64,000 bases of DNA from Lachnospiraceae bacterium (GCA_045617345.1 JAZLIK010000111.1:8044-72043), one strand, 5' to 3'. Numbered from the stretch's first letter, positions 27,233 through 36,955 are shown. The notes: generated by a model not told the origin, from the sequence alone. Numbers and translations: made by a program.

Positions 27233-29218
27233 TTACAGCAGGATTAACGGGATTACCAGGAAGAATACTCCGAAGGCAATTGCGGAAATCCTGCTTTTAC
27301 TTTTATGACTGATGTACATGACTGCGAGGCTGAGTGCAAATGCGATGAGTGCACGGAAGGCATAAAGCATAATCAGGTAAAAACCGGTTGACCATTCGAA
27401 CGGGAATCCGGACATGCAGGGAATGCTTTGGACGGGATAGTCGAAATTATCCAGCGGAAGCTTGCTTTTTATGGCAAAAAACTGTATCAGATGAATGACG
27501 GTGGAGCAGGCCATACTCGTAACGGCTACCAGAAGAAGCTTGTATGTCAGTAGCTTTTTACCGCCTTTGTACAGCGTATGGAGAGTAGTTTCCATATGTG
27601 AGGTCTTTTCACAGGCAAGAATTCCGGAGAACATCATGATTACGGCTATAAGTATATAGAGATAGTTCTGCCTTGTGGTCAGATAATCGTGGTCAAGCAG
27701 AGTGTCATAGCCCGTGGTATCGGAAAGTATAATCAGTATTCCTTTTTCATGAAGGAGGTTTACTCCGTCAAAGGCTCTGTCTCTTATAATTCCTATGGCT
27801 GTCAAATCGTGTTCATACTCATAAATTGTATCTTCGAGTCTTTTTATGGTTGCCGAGACGGAGCCGGTATCATAGCCAAGCATGCTGTATTCGATGAGTA
27901 TTTCGTACTGACGCTTAAGAGAAGCCTTTAAGCGTTCAAGTTTTTGTGTCATGGTGTCGGTTTTCTCATCAATTGCGGCAAGCTTAGCATCGTCGGCGGG
28001 ACCTTCAAACGTCTGATACCACCTGAGCAGACGCGGACTTCGTGAATCAATATAGGTCATGTCTTTTGCCGAGCTAAAGGCCACGAAAAAGATAAGGATG
28101 AGTATAATCAGGGCTTTCTGGGAAACAAAGAGTTTTTTCATTTCCCATAAAAAAGCCGGATATGCAGGTTTATGTCTGCTGATAAATGCTTCGGCACGAT
28201 TGAGAAAACGATTTGCTGAAGCATTACGTACGGGATATGAGAAGGTATATCTCAAAAGGCAAAGGGCAGAGAAAACAGTAAGCCCAACAGGCAGAAGTAT
28301 GTTGACTCCTTTATTTATGCCGACGGGAGTGCCGAATATGTTAAGGTTAAGATAGTGACCGTAGTCCGTACCGTTAAAGATAACCGTGTACAGGTTCAGG
28401 TATTTAAAAGCACAGAGTGAATCTGTCGGAAGCAAAGCCGCATAGAGGATTATTTCCAAAATACAGAAGGCAACAAAGAGAACAATGCTGAGGCTTGACC
28501 TTATTACAGACATGAAGAAATAGAGTATGAGACAGCTGAGAATGCAGGCGGCTGCCTTTTTTATCAGAAAAACTGCCATGTATCCGCCGATTGATATATG
28601 TCCCGTGACTCCGCCGAGCTCAGGAATCGACTGCACGGGACGTGACAGTGCAGGACCGGGGAATATTATACCGGATATGACTGCCGTAGCGGAAAAAAAC
28701 AGAATACCGGAAACAAAAACACCTGTGAACAGAGTAAGCAGTCTGGTAAGAGTGAGTGGAAATCTGCCCTTTGAAGTGCAGCGTACCAGAAGGAACAGAC
28801 CGTTTTTTTGCTCAGGCATGAATGACATGACGATATAGATACCCGTCAGCAGCATGAACAGACCGGTCATGCGATAATCGAGAACAGTCATGATTCCGCG
28901 GTTTTCACCGAAAACGGGAACTATGTCGGACAGCGTGGAATAATCCTTTTTGGTGACTTCCAGATTTTTAAAGGTAAATGAGGAGCTGTCGGAAAACAGT
29001 GGATTTGTAAGCATTGTATCGGCGTTTTCAAGAACTTCGCCGATTGAGGCACCAAAACCTTCTGCGTAGAGTTTAAGCTCTTCACCGGTCAGCGTGTTTG
29101 TTTTGAGTTCATTGCACTGGTAGAAGAAAAGCACGCTGTTCAGAAGCAGAAGAATACAGAAGAGGGTAATTGTTTTTCTGCTCAGCAGAACACGTTTGAT
29201 TTCAGGAAAAACAGGCAT
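27233..29218 (-). CDS. polytopic membrane protein, putative duplicated ABC-2/NatB-like permease
   Basis: Two multi-TM halves separated by a soluble coiled-coil-like segment. ATG 29218 follows AAAGGAG. Downstream of the ATPase gene and paralogous in layout to 48733..50829. Confidence 0.65.
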   Translation of the reverse strand: MPVFPEIKRVLLSRKTITLFCILLLLNSVLFFYQCNELKTNTLTGEELKLYAEGFGASIGEVLENADTMLTNPLFSDSSSFTFKNLEVTKKDYSTLSDIVPVFGENRGIMTVLDYRMTGLFMLLTGIYIVMSFMPEQKNGLFLLVRCTSKGRFPLTLTRLLTLFTGVFVSGILFFSATAVISGIIFPGPALSRPVQSIPELGGVTGHISIGGYMAVFLIKKAAACILSCLILYFFMSVIRSSLSIVLFVAFCILEIILYAALLPTDSLCAFKYLNLYTVIFNGTDYGHYLNLNIFGTPVGINKGVNILLPVGLTVFSALCLLRYTFSYPVRNASANRFLNRAEAFISRHKPAYPAFLWEMKKLFVSQKALIILILIFFVAFSSAKDMTYIDSRSPRLLRWYQTFEGPADDAKLAAIDEKTDTMTQKLERLKASLKRQYEILIEYSMLGYDTGSVSATIKRLEDTIYEYEHDLTAIGIIRDRAFDGVNLLHEKGILIILSDTTGYDTLLDHDYLTTRQNYLYILIAVIMMFSGILACEKTSHMETTLHTLYKGGKKLLTYKLLLVAVTSMACSTVIHLIQFFAIKSKLPLDNFDYPVQSIPCMSGFPFEWSTGFYLIMLYAFRALIAFALSLAVMYISHKSKSRISAIAFGVFFLVIPLILL

Positions 29219-29278
29219 AGAAGCTCCTTTCGGCAGAGTTGTTTCGGAATGTATTATGAATTGAGTTTTTCGCTGAAA

Positions 29279-29463
29279 GTTACTATTCACAGGCTGCCCA
29301 AATCACATTCATAAGCCCTGTCTGCTGCGCAGTCAGTTGTTGCCACGCAGCTTTTGGCTTATTCATGTATTTTGTCCAGCCTCCGCAGTCAGATAATAAT
29401 GTCCACAATCCTAGAAGCAAGCTTCAGGTTTGCGTTCATTATTATTCGCTTGTGAATAGTAAC
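29279..29463 (+). mobile_element. MITE-like element, full-length copy (185 bp)
   Basis: GTTACTATTCACAG ... TGTGAATAGTAAC. Colinear with 20461..20645. Lies between the ABC ATPase and permease-like genes and contains the ATPase stop codon. Confidence 0.7.
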
Positions 29464-30205
29464 CTTTGGCAGCATACAGGTACACGTCTTCGAGAGTCAG
29501 ATGATCGGGAATTTGGGAATTGTTCCGCCGCAGCTGCTCACGTGTCCGGTTTATCAGATTCTGCGGGGTGTCAAAACACATGAGGGTTCCGTGACTGAGC
29601 AGAAGCACCCTGTTCGATATAGTTTCAATATCACTGATGACATGTGTTGCCAGAAGAACTGTGCGGGTATCGGCCACAGAAGAAATGTAATCTCTGAGAC
29701 GCACCCGTTGTGCAGGATCGAGTCCGGCAGTCGGTTCGTCAAGAATCAGGATTTCCGGCTCGTCCAGCATTGCCGCAGCCAGGAGAACACGCTGCTTCAT
29801 GCCGCCGGAAAAGGAACCGAGTTTATGGTGGGCATTGTCGGAGAGGCAGACTATATCCAGAAACTGTTCCGTTTGCTGTTTACAGAGTCGTGATTTCATC
29901 CCCTTGAGAGCTCCGATATAGTGAAGAAAATCTCTGGCTGTGAAATCCTCGTATATTCCCTGAAGCTGCGGTGTATAGCCAATTTTCATGAAATATTTTC
30001 TGCTCAGACCGGAAATATCTGTGCCGTTATAAAGAACCTCACCCGATGTACGGGGGATATTTTTGGTGATGATGTTGAGCATGGTTGATTTACCGGCACC
30101 GTTTGCACCGAGAAGCCCGTAGACGCCCGAGCCGAAGGTGACGGACAGGCTGTCGAGGGCGGTTTTGTTTCCGTATTTTTTTGTCAGATTAATCAGTTCA
30201 AGCAT
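29411..30205 (-). CDS. ABC transporter ATP-binding protein (ABC-2/NatA-like)
   Basis: GANGAGKST, FSGGMKQRV, ILILDEPTAGLD. Start is MLELINLTKKYG. The 3' end runs into a MITE-like element. Confidence 0.85.
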   Translation of the reverse strand: MLELINLTKKYGNKTALDSLSVTFGSGVYGLLGANGAGKSTMLNIITKNIPRTSGEVLYNGTDISGLSRKYFMKIGYTPQLQGIYEDFTARDFLHYIGALKGMKSRLCKQQTEQFLDIVCLSDNAHHKLGSFSGGMKQRVLLAAAMLDEPEILILDEPTAGLDPAQRVRLRDYISSVADTRTVLLATHVISDIETISNRVLLLSHGTLMCFDTPQNLINRTREQLRRNNSQIPDHLTLEDVYLYAAKGYYSQANNNERKPEACF

Positions 30206-30256
30206 AAATAATCTCCGTTTTGAATGAATGTGATTTGTCCGGACTGTGAACAGCAA

Positions 30257-30300
30257 CTGATAATGAAGTCAAAAGAACCGACGCATGTCGATGCAGTTCA
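30257..30300 (-). promoter_or_regulatory. conserved box, looser copy 3
   Basis: Minus strand reads TGCATCGACATGCGTCGGTTCTTTTGACTTCATTATCAG, about 50 nt upstream of the ABC ATPase start at 30205. Confidence 0.4.
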
Positions 30301-30351
30301 CCTGCTTACAAATGGATGTAATCCGTGTATCGTTATCATGATTATAATTCG

Positions 30352-30397
30352 GGCGACAAAAAAAACAACCGCTTGGACAGAAGTGGTTGTTTTTGCG
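30352..30397 (-). terminator. Rho-independent terminator between the HK gene and the ABC ATPase gene
   Basis: 11-bp stem AACAACCGCTT..AAGTGGTTGTT with an A8 run on the plus strand, which is a U-tract on the minus strand. Confidence 0.7.
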
Positions 30398-30486
30398 ACG
30401 GAAGTGGAGCGCTGAAGCTATTGCAGCGGGATTTTGACGTTACCGCGACGCAGAATCGGTGCGGTAATGCCGCGAGTGACAGACAT

Positions 30487-32328
30487 TTACCTGTCGTTCA
30501 GGAGACATGTGACCGTAAAGGTGTTATTTTCGGTATTAATCTCAACAGAGCCGTTATATTTTTTACAAATCTGCTTCACGGAGGTCAGACCGAGACCATG
30601 ATTTACGGAATCTTTTTTTGTGGTTTCCAAAACGCCGTTTTTTTCTGAAAGCGTGCCGCTGTAGGGGTTTTGGCAGGAAACAATCAGCATGTTTCCCTGA
30701 TTGCCGATCGATACATGAATAACGGGTGCGGAGAGGACCGGGTTGTGACAGGCTTCAAGGGCATTGTCAAGAAGATTTCCGAACAGTCCGCAGAGGTCAT
30801 AGTCTGCAAAGTGAAATTTATCAAGACGGCTTCCCGTTATGAATTCAATCTTTACTCCGGTGTCCGCGGCTGTTCGGTTTTTCTGGTAAAAAAGCAGGTC
30901 GAGGGCATTTGAGCCTGTTCGGGTCGGCAACAGATAGCTTTTCCCGCGGTCCGATATGTCATCAATGTACTTTTCGGCTTCATCGGCGTGACCGGAGGCG
31001 TAAAGGGATTTTATCGTCAGCAGATGATTGTTAAAATCATGCCAGAGACGTCGGGTTTCACTGTATTTGGCATCAATTTCGGCATAGTAGGATTTTTGAA
31101 GTTCATTTCGGGTCTGGCCTGCCAGAGCTAAAAGCCTTCTGATGACGATGACGGAGAGCGGAATAAACATCAGCATATAAACACATAAAAACAGTGTGAG
31201 CCTTGGAACGGCCGAGGAAAAAATCTTCAGATTCAGGTACCGGTTAAAAAAACGTTCGGGGGTGAATGCCGAAAAGAGGTTAATCTCGGAAAAAATCTGA
31301 TGAATACTCATATTTTCAGCGTGCGGCGAAACAAGAATATATTCAGTCGTTATAAAAGCGACGGCAACGGATGAAAAGATGAATTTATGCTTTGATGTTG
31401 ATGCGGCAATAAAGCACATCAGGAAAAAGATGACCGCAGACAGCTTTATCAGCAGCCAAATGAGCAAAAATGAGCCAAAGGTCACGGAATAGGGACAGGT
31501 GTAATAGCTGCCCAGGGACTGAATGGGAACAGAGAGGTCCGGCAGTCCGAGTACAGACTCCGTAATCAGAATGTTGGTGATGTACATTGCGGCAGAACTC
31601 AGTATATATACGGCAAAAAGGCCCACCGGCATTTTTTTATTGCTGAAAATAAAGCTGTTTTGCGGGTACTTTAGGCTGCGGTAGGCAAATATGGAAAGAA
31701 TTATCAGCAAAATAACAGTCAGTATATCGGTGGTATGATACTGTACGAGCAGATTCGCGCTTTGATCGGTCACGGGAACCGGCTTGATGTGCTCCATACC
31801 GTAATAGTCTCTCTGACATTTTGCAATATTGTTCAGAAGAAATTTACCGAAGGATGAGTCTGCATAGTAGAAGCCGGAGAGAATCCGTATATTTTCGGGT
31901 ATGGATGTGATATATGTAGCGTAGTTGAGAGCATTCCCGACGATGGCTGCTGCTGAGGTGTAGACTTCGTAATCAGAGCTGTCGGAATGATTTAGCGAGA
32001 CAAGACCGGGAACATCGATATCATTAAACCTATCCAGATCAGCCCGTGACCGATACGTTTTGTTCTCAATGGCAAATAACTGTCTGAGATAGTTTACAGA
32101 CTGATTCAGCTCCGCATAGGCTTCTTTCATGCTGTCAGGAAGTGAAGAAAGAATCTGGTTTAGTTTATTATAGTCCGACAGTCTTATGGAATCCTGCTGA
32201 CCCCAGACGTTTTCGGTCTGGAGGTATTCGCTGTTCAGGTTTGACGAGTAGAACAGAAAGCCGTTAAGCAGAAGCATAAACAGAATGATGCACGCTGCGC
32301 CGGCATAAAGACGTTTTCGAGTGGTCAT
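30487..32328 (-). CDS. sensor histidine kinase (HPK10/GHKL, LytTR-partner type)
   Basis: N-terminal TM, extracytoplasmic domain and TM bundle. HDFNNHL H-box, LLDNALEA, NHGLGL. Overlaps the RR gene by 4 nt. Confidence 0.85.
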   Translation of the reverse strand: MTTRKRLYAGAACIILFMLLLNGFLFYSSNLNSEYLQTENVWGQQDSIRLSDYNKLNQILSSLPDSMKEAYAELNQSVNYLRQLFAIENKTYRSRADLDRFNDIDVPGLVSLNHSDSSDYEVYTSAAAIVGNALNYATYITSIPENIRILSGFYYADSSFGKFLLNNIAKCQRDYYGMEHIKPVPVTDQSANLLVQYHTTDILTVILLIILSIFAYRSLKYPQNSFIFSNKKMPVGLFAVYILSSAAMYITNILITESVLGLPDLSVPIQSLGSYYTCPYSVTFGSFLLIWLLIKLSAVIFFLMCFIAASTSKHKFIFSSVAVAFITTEYILVSPHAENMSIHQIFSEINLFSAFTPERFFNRYLNLKIFSSAVPRLTLFLCVYMLMFIPLSVIVIRRLLALAGQTRNELQKSYYAEIDAKYSETRRLWHDFNNHLLTIKSLYASGHADEAEKYIDDISDRGKSYLLPTRTGSNALDLLFYQKNRTAADTGVKIEFITGSRLDKFHFADYDLCGLFGNLLDNALEACHNPVLSAPVIHVSIGNQGNMLIVSCQNPYSGTLSEKNGVLETTKKDSVNHGLGLTSVKQICKKYNGSVEINTENNTFTVTCLLNDR

Positions 32329-33032
32329 TTGCTTCGAACCCTCCTCATGATGGCTGACATAAGTTCCTTACGTTTGCGACGGCTGACGGGAACAGTTTCG
32401 TTATTGTCGAGCAGGAGCGAATCGCTGTCAACACGGGAAACATGGTCAACATTGACAAAAAGTGCATGATAGACTTCTACAAAGCAGTCCGACGGAAGCT
32501 GCAGCGAAAAGGTCTGAATTGCTGTTGCATCGGTGTGAATCTCTTTCTCGGTATGAACGGAGGTATTTCTTTTGTCGGCATCGGCGTAGTATATGTCTGA
32601 AGCTTTCAGCATTACTACCGAATTCTTTGTCTTTACCGCAATTGTCTGACCGATATAGACTTCGTTGATGAAACGTTCCAAAACCGACGGAAGCTTTTCT
32701 GTCCAGGTTCTTTTGAAAAGGTAATTATATGCATTGACATCGTAACCTTCGGCAATCCGGTCTTCGAGGCCGGTCAGGAATATAACGGGAGTTTTCATCC
32801 CACGGTCCCTGAGCTCTTTTACAACATTCACACCGTCCGAATCTCCAAGCTGTATATCCATAAATATCAGGTCAGGTTCGAAGTCTGTGCCATCCGGATT
32901 CTTGAGAAAAGCACTGCCGGAAGCAAAACGGACAATTTTGGAAGCAATGCCTCGAAGGTTAAGCAGTGTAAAAACAGTATGAGCGAGTTCTTTTGCAAAT
33001 TCGCTCTCGTCTTCGCAGATAACAATATTCAT
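32325..33032 (-). CDS. LytTR-family response regulator
   Basis: REC domain (ICEDE, FMDIQL) plus a C-terminal LytTR-type DNA-binding domain. RBS AGGAGG. Confidence 0.85.
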   Translation of the reverse strand: MNIVICEDESEFAKELAHTVFTLLNLRGIASKIVRFASGSAFLKNPDGTDFEPDLIFMDIQLGDSDGVNVVKELRDRGMKTPVIFLTGLEDRIAEGYDVNAYNYLFKRTWTEKLPSVLERFINEVYIGQTIAVKTKNSVVMLKASDIYYADADKRNTSVHTEKEIHTDATAIQTFSLQLPSDCFVEVYHALFVNVDHVSRVDSDSLLLDNNETVPVSRRKRKELMSAIMRRVRSK

Positions 33033-33050
33033 GGCGCGCCTCCTTTACCT

Positions 33051-33095
33051 TGCGTATCAATGTGTGTCAGTATTTTTGACAGAGTAATTATTATT
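33051..33095 (+). promoter_or_regulatory. conserved box, looser copy 4
   Basis: TGCGTATCAATGTGTGTCAGTATTTTTGACAGAGTAATTATTAT, in the divergent region between the RR gene and the 33475 secreted protein gene. Confidence 0.4.
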
Positions 33096-33104
33096 TTACG
33101 TTTT

Positions 33105-33133
33105 ATCATAAGCTTTCGGTTAATTAACGTCAA
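33105..33133 (-). promoter_or_regulatory. candidate sigmaA promoter for the LytTR RR/HK operon
   Basis: On the minus strand: TTGACG, a 17-nt spacer, then TATGAT, about 70 nt upstream of ATG 33032. Confidence 0.5.
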
Positions 33134-33136
33134 CAG

Positions 33137-33438
33137 TTATTTGGACTGACTGCGAAGCAGGCAGTCGCTGCTTCCGGGTTATTTGTCCGGATAGCGGGCA
33201 GGCTGACCGGAAGCTTTTGGTAATTGTTATTTGGCTATGTGGCGAATAGTGATATTATCGTAATATATGACATATATATCATAACATAGTCAATGTTTAT
33301 TTTTGTGAAAATCATCTATTATTTAGAGCATGGGAAAATGTAACCCTTTGGGGACAGCCTGTATCACATAACCATTATGACAATTACTTTACAGGCAAGA
33401 TTGCAGTAATTGTCATTTGATTTGTGATGAATAGTAAC
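33137..33438. repeat. mosaic of dispersed repeat modules
   Basis: CGGATAGCGGGCAGGCTGACCGGAAGCTT resembles 391..420 and 27168..27195. TATGACAATTACTTTACAGGCAAGATTGCAGTAATTGTCA plus GATGAATAGTAAC matches 503..565. Confidence 0.6.
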
Positions 33439-33474
33439 TGTAATCAAAATTATTAAGTGGAGAAAGGAAAAAAA

Positions 33475-35466
33475 ATGAAACGTACAAAGATGTTTTTGGG
33501 AGCACTGTTTGCAGTTGTTTTCTGTATGATTATCGGAGGAACTGCGGCATATGCTCAGGATGAGACGTGGGACAAGGGCATGACACTCAGTTCCGACACT
33601 ACTGTAAACGGCAACCTTTATGTTAAAGGTGGCACAGTCGATTTAAACGGTTATACACTTAATGTAACGGGTGATTATAATCAGATAGCCGGTACACTGA
33701 AGATTGGCACCGGTACACTGAATGTAGGCGGAGACCTTGATTTGTGTGTACTGAACGGTAATACATACGGAAAGACCTCCTCAAGCGTATATTTTTCGAT
33801 GACCGATGCCAAGGGCAGAGTGAATGTGGGCGGAAGCTACAGACAGAACGCAAATCTTTATGATAGCAGAAGCGCCGGAATTATGACAGTGGCAGGAGAT
33901 TTTTGTCAGTACGGCAGCAACAGCTTTTATTCAAGCAGTTCATTTGAGCTGGTACTTACCGGCGAGAAGGTACACAATTTCTTATTTGAAAGCAGCAGTT
34001 CATGTATTCAGACGCTGACTGTGAAGGACGGCGGAAGCCTGAAGTGTTCAAATTCTTATTTCAAAGCAAATGCTGTAACGACAAATATTACTATTAATTC
34101 TGACGGCGGGCTCGTTCTTGAAGGACTCGGACTGCAGGGAACCAAGTGTACAATTAACAGCCCCGAGGCGGTTATTGCCGAGGGAGGAAGCATAGATATC
34201 GGACTCGGACAGTCGGGAGCGGAGCTTAATGTGACCGGTGATTTCGAGATTCACGGAGGCACCCTGAAGATTGGCGCCGGGGTACTGAATGTAGCAGGCG
34301 ATTTAAATCTTTGTGTTGTAAACGGCAGTAATTACAGTAAGACCTCTTCAAGCGTATATTTTTCGATGACCGATGCAAAGGGCAGAGTGAATGTGGGCGG
34401 AAGCTACAGACAGAACGCAAATCTTTATGATAGCAGAAGCGCCGGAATTATGACGGTGAACGGAGATTTCTGTCAGTACGGTACGAATTCATTTTATTCA
34501 AGCAGTGCCTTCGAGCTTGTTCTGGTAGGAAATAGGGCTCACGAAATCAAGCTTGAAGAAAAAAGCAGTAAAATAGGAAATCTGACAATTAATAACGGAG
34601 CTGATACGAAGCTGTTGTCGGATGTTATTGTTGACAAGGATGTAAATCTGTACGATGCCGTTCTGAATCTGAACGGATATACATTAACAGTCGGAGGCAA
34701 CTTCAATCAGTTTGGCGGTACAGTTAAGGAAAACGGAGGAACGCTTACGGTTAAGGGCAAGCATAATGTCAATGGTGCGGTAAAGCAGCCTGAGGTTACG
34801 GCAATACCTACGGCAAAGCCCACGGAGGCGCCTGCAGCCACACCTACGGAGGCACCTGTGTCAACGCCTACGGCAAAGCCCACGGAAGCACCTGCAGCCA
34901 CACCTACTGAGGCTCCCGTATCAACGCCTGCCGGGGAGGATGACGAATATGATGATGACGAAGATTTGATTGATATCGCTGACTGCTCCGTAACGGTTAA
35001 AAACGTTAAATATACCGGCTCGGCCAGAAAGGCAACGGTAACGGTTAAATATGACGGTGAGAAGCTCAAGAAGAACAGGGATTATATACTTACTTATTCC
35101 AACAATACCAAAATCGGAAAAGCTACAGTTAAGGTAACAGGCAAGGGAAAATACGAAGGAAGCATAAAGAAAACCTTCAAGATTCTGCCTCAGACTCCTG
35201 AAATTCTGGACATATATGAGAATGAGGACGGCAGAGGATATGTGATTGAGTGGGAAGAATCCGAGGATGTTTCGGGTTATGAAATCAAATATGCAAAGAA
35301 AAAGAGCGGGACATATTCAAAGCTGAAGACAGTTGCGGATAATGACACCGAATGTACCACTACAAAGCTAAGAGACGGGATGTACGTAAAAATCAGAGCA
35401 TACAAAAAGGTAAACGGAACAAAGTTCTACAGTGATTATTCCGAGATTTTCAGATTCGAGGAATAG
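33475..35466 (+). CDS. secreted repeat protein (beta-helix-like duplicated module, Pro/Thr linker, Ig-like C-terminal domains)
   Basis: Signal peptide MKRTKMFLGALFAVVFCMIIGGTAAYA, a roughly 105-aa module repeated 189 aa apart, and a duplicated PTAKPTEAPAATPTEAPVST linker. Confidence 0.7.
   Translation: MKRTKMFLGALFAVVFCMIIGGTAAYAQDETWDKGMTLSSDTTVNGNLYVKGGTVDLNGYTLNVTGDYNQIAGTLKIGTGTLNVGGDLDLCVLNGNTYGKTSSSVYFSMTDAKGRVNVGGSYRQNANLYDSRSAGIMTVAGDFCQYGSNSFYSSSSFELVLTGEKVHNFLFESSSSCIQTLTVKDGGSLKCSNSYFKANAVTTNITINSDGGLVLEGLGLQGTKCTINSPEAVIAEGGSIDIGLGQSGAELNVTGDFEIHGGTLKIGAGVLNVAGDLNLCVVNGSNYSKTSSSVYFSMTDAKGRVNVGGSYRQNANLYDSRSAGIMTVNGDFCQYGTNSFYSSSAFELVLVGNRAHEIKLEEKSSKIGNLTINNGADTKLLSDVIVDKDVNLYDAVLNLNGYTLTVGGNFNQFGGTVKENGGTLTVKGKHNVNGAVKQPEVTAIPTAKPTEAPAATPTEAPVSTPTAKPTEAPAATPTEAPVSTPAGEDDEYDDDEDLIDIADCSVTVKNVKYTGSARKATVTVKYDGEKLKKNRDYILTYSNNTKIGKATVKVTGKGKYEGSIKKTFKILPQTPEILDIYENEDGRGYVIEWEESEDVSGYEIKYAKKKSGTYSKLKTVADNDTECTTTKLRDGMYVKIRAYKKVNGTKFYSDYSEIFRFEE
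33658..34545 (+). repeat. intragenic duplication: roughly 315-bp module at 33658-33975 repeated at 34225-34545
   Basis: The core (about 33775-33890 versus 34342-34457) is almost identical at nucleotide level. Offset is 567 bp (189 codons). Confidence 0.85.
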
Positions 35467-35532
35467 CTTTTGCCCGACTGTGCTTTGAGACCACGGGACA
35501 GTTGAAGCAAACAGTATACAGAAAGTAAAGGG

Positions 35533-35568
35533 AAAAAGCGGCAAAAGTGTTTTGCCGCTTTTTTCCTT
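35533..35568 (+). terminator. Rho-independent terminator
   Basis: AAAAAGCGGCAAAA GTG TTTTGCCGCTTTTTT. Confidence 0.85.
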
Positions 35569-35881
35569 TATAGGAAATTACGTCCTATAAAGTAAAAAAC
35601 GCTCCGCGAGGATGCGCACGCTTTTGCAGCGGTATTTTGTCGCTAACGCGACGCAAAAGCGGCGCAGCATGTCGCAAGCAACATGCTTTCTTGATTGCAG
35701 TATTACAGAATTGATTTTAATGTTTATAAATGGTATTATAATAATAAATTGTTGCTGTTCACAGTCTGTTCGAAACACATTCAAAAGCTTTGCCTGCGCG
35801 TAGTCAGTCGCTGCTTATGGATTCGGTTCGAACAGACCGTGAAAAGTAACCGGAAAACATCAGTGTGGAGGAACCGGGGAT

Positions 35882-36802
35882 ATGACAGATGAACTGAAAA
35901 AGGGAATTGCCGGGTTTTTTATCGGCAAAGATGATGTAGTTGAAAATATTCTGATATGCATGTTTACAGGCGGTCATGTTTTGCTGGAAGACGTGCCCGG
36001 AGTAGGAAAGACCACACTGGCCAGAACGGTGGCCCGGGCAGTCAGCTGCGATTTTGGGCGAATTCAGTTTACGCCGGATACTTTACCCGGTGATGTAATC
36101 GGAAATGAAATATACAACATGAAGAGCGGTCAGTTTGAGTTCAGAGAGGGTGCCGTAATGCACCAGATAATTCTGGCCGATGAGATAAACAGAACCTCAC
36201 CGAAAACCCAGTCCAGCCTTCTTGAAGCCATGGCAGAGGGTCAGATTACCGTCGGTAATGTAAAAAGAATGCTTCCGCAGCCTTTTATGGTAATTGCTAC
36301 GCAGAATCCGGTGGAGTTTATGGGAACATATCCGCTTCCGGAGGCACAGATGGACCGTTTTATGATGAAGCTGACGCTCGGATATCCCTCACAGGAGGAA
36401 GAAATCAGGCTGGCGAGAAATATGATAGACGGGATTACTCCGGATGCCGTCAAGCCGGTATGCAGTGCGGAGGATGTGCTGAAAATACGTGAAGAGATAT
36501 CGAAGGTGACCGTAAAGGACGAGATTCTGGGCTATATCCGTGAAATAATTGATTTGACCAGACACGAGAAGAATTTTGTACTCGGAGCGAGCCCGCGAGC
36601 AATGCTGGCACTGACAAAGGCATCTCAGGCGAGGGCGTACATGCAGGGACGTGATTTTGTAAAGCCTGATGATGTAAAGGCCATGGTGCAGCCGGTACTC
36701 GGACACAGAATTACGCTTACCTCCGAGGCCAGAATTGCGAAGGAGAGCGTGACATCGATTCTTTCCGCACTCCTGTTTAAGGTAAAGGTTCCGACGATGT
36801 GA
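35882..36802 (+). CDS. MoxR-family AAA+ ATPase
   Basis: GVPGVGKT, ILADEINR, and a MoxR-like length of 306 aa. Confidence 0.9.
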   Translation: MTDELKKGIAGFFIGKDDVVENILICMFTGGHVLLEDVPGVGKTTLARTVARAVSCDFGRIQFTPDTLPGDVIGNEIYNMKSGQFEFREGAVMHQIILADEINRTSPKTQSSLLEAMAEGQITVGNVKRMLPQPFMVIATQNPVEFMGTYPLPEAQMDRFMMKLTLGYPSQEEEIRLARNMIDGITPDAVKPVCSAEDVLKIREEISKVTVKDEILGYIREIIDLTRHEKNFVLGASPRAMLALTKASQARAYMQGRDFVKPDDVKAMVQPVLGHRITLTSEARIAKESVTSILSALLFKVKVPTM

Positions 36803-36805
36803 CCT

Positions 36806-36955
36806 CGTACCGGACGGGAGGACGGGAGGCATAAGTTCGATTAATGTCCGAAACGAAAACGGGAAAACGTACCGGACGGGAGACCGGGAGGCATAAGTTC
36901 GATTAATGTCCGAAACGAAAACGGGAAAACGTACCGGATGGGAGGACGGGAGGCT
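36806..36955. repeat. tandem array, 62-bp unit x about 2.4, starting 4 nt after the moxR stop
   Basis: CGTACCGGACGGGAGGACGGGAGGCATAAGTTCGATTAATGTCCGAAACGAAAACGGGAAAA, repeated. Confidence 0.85.
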
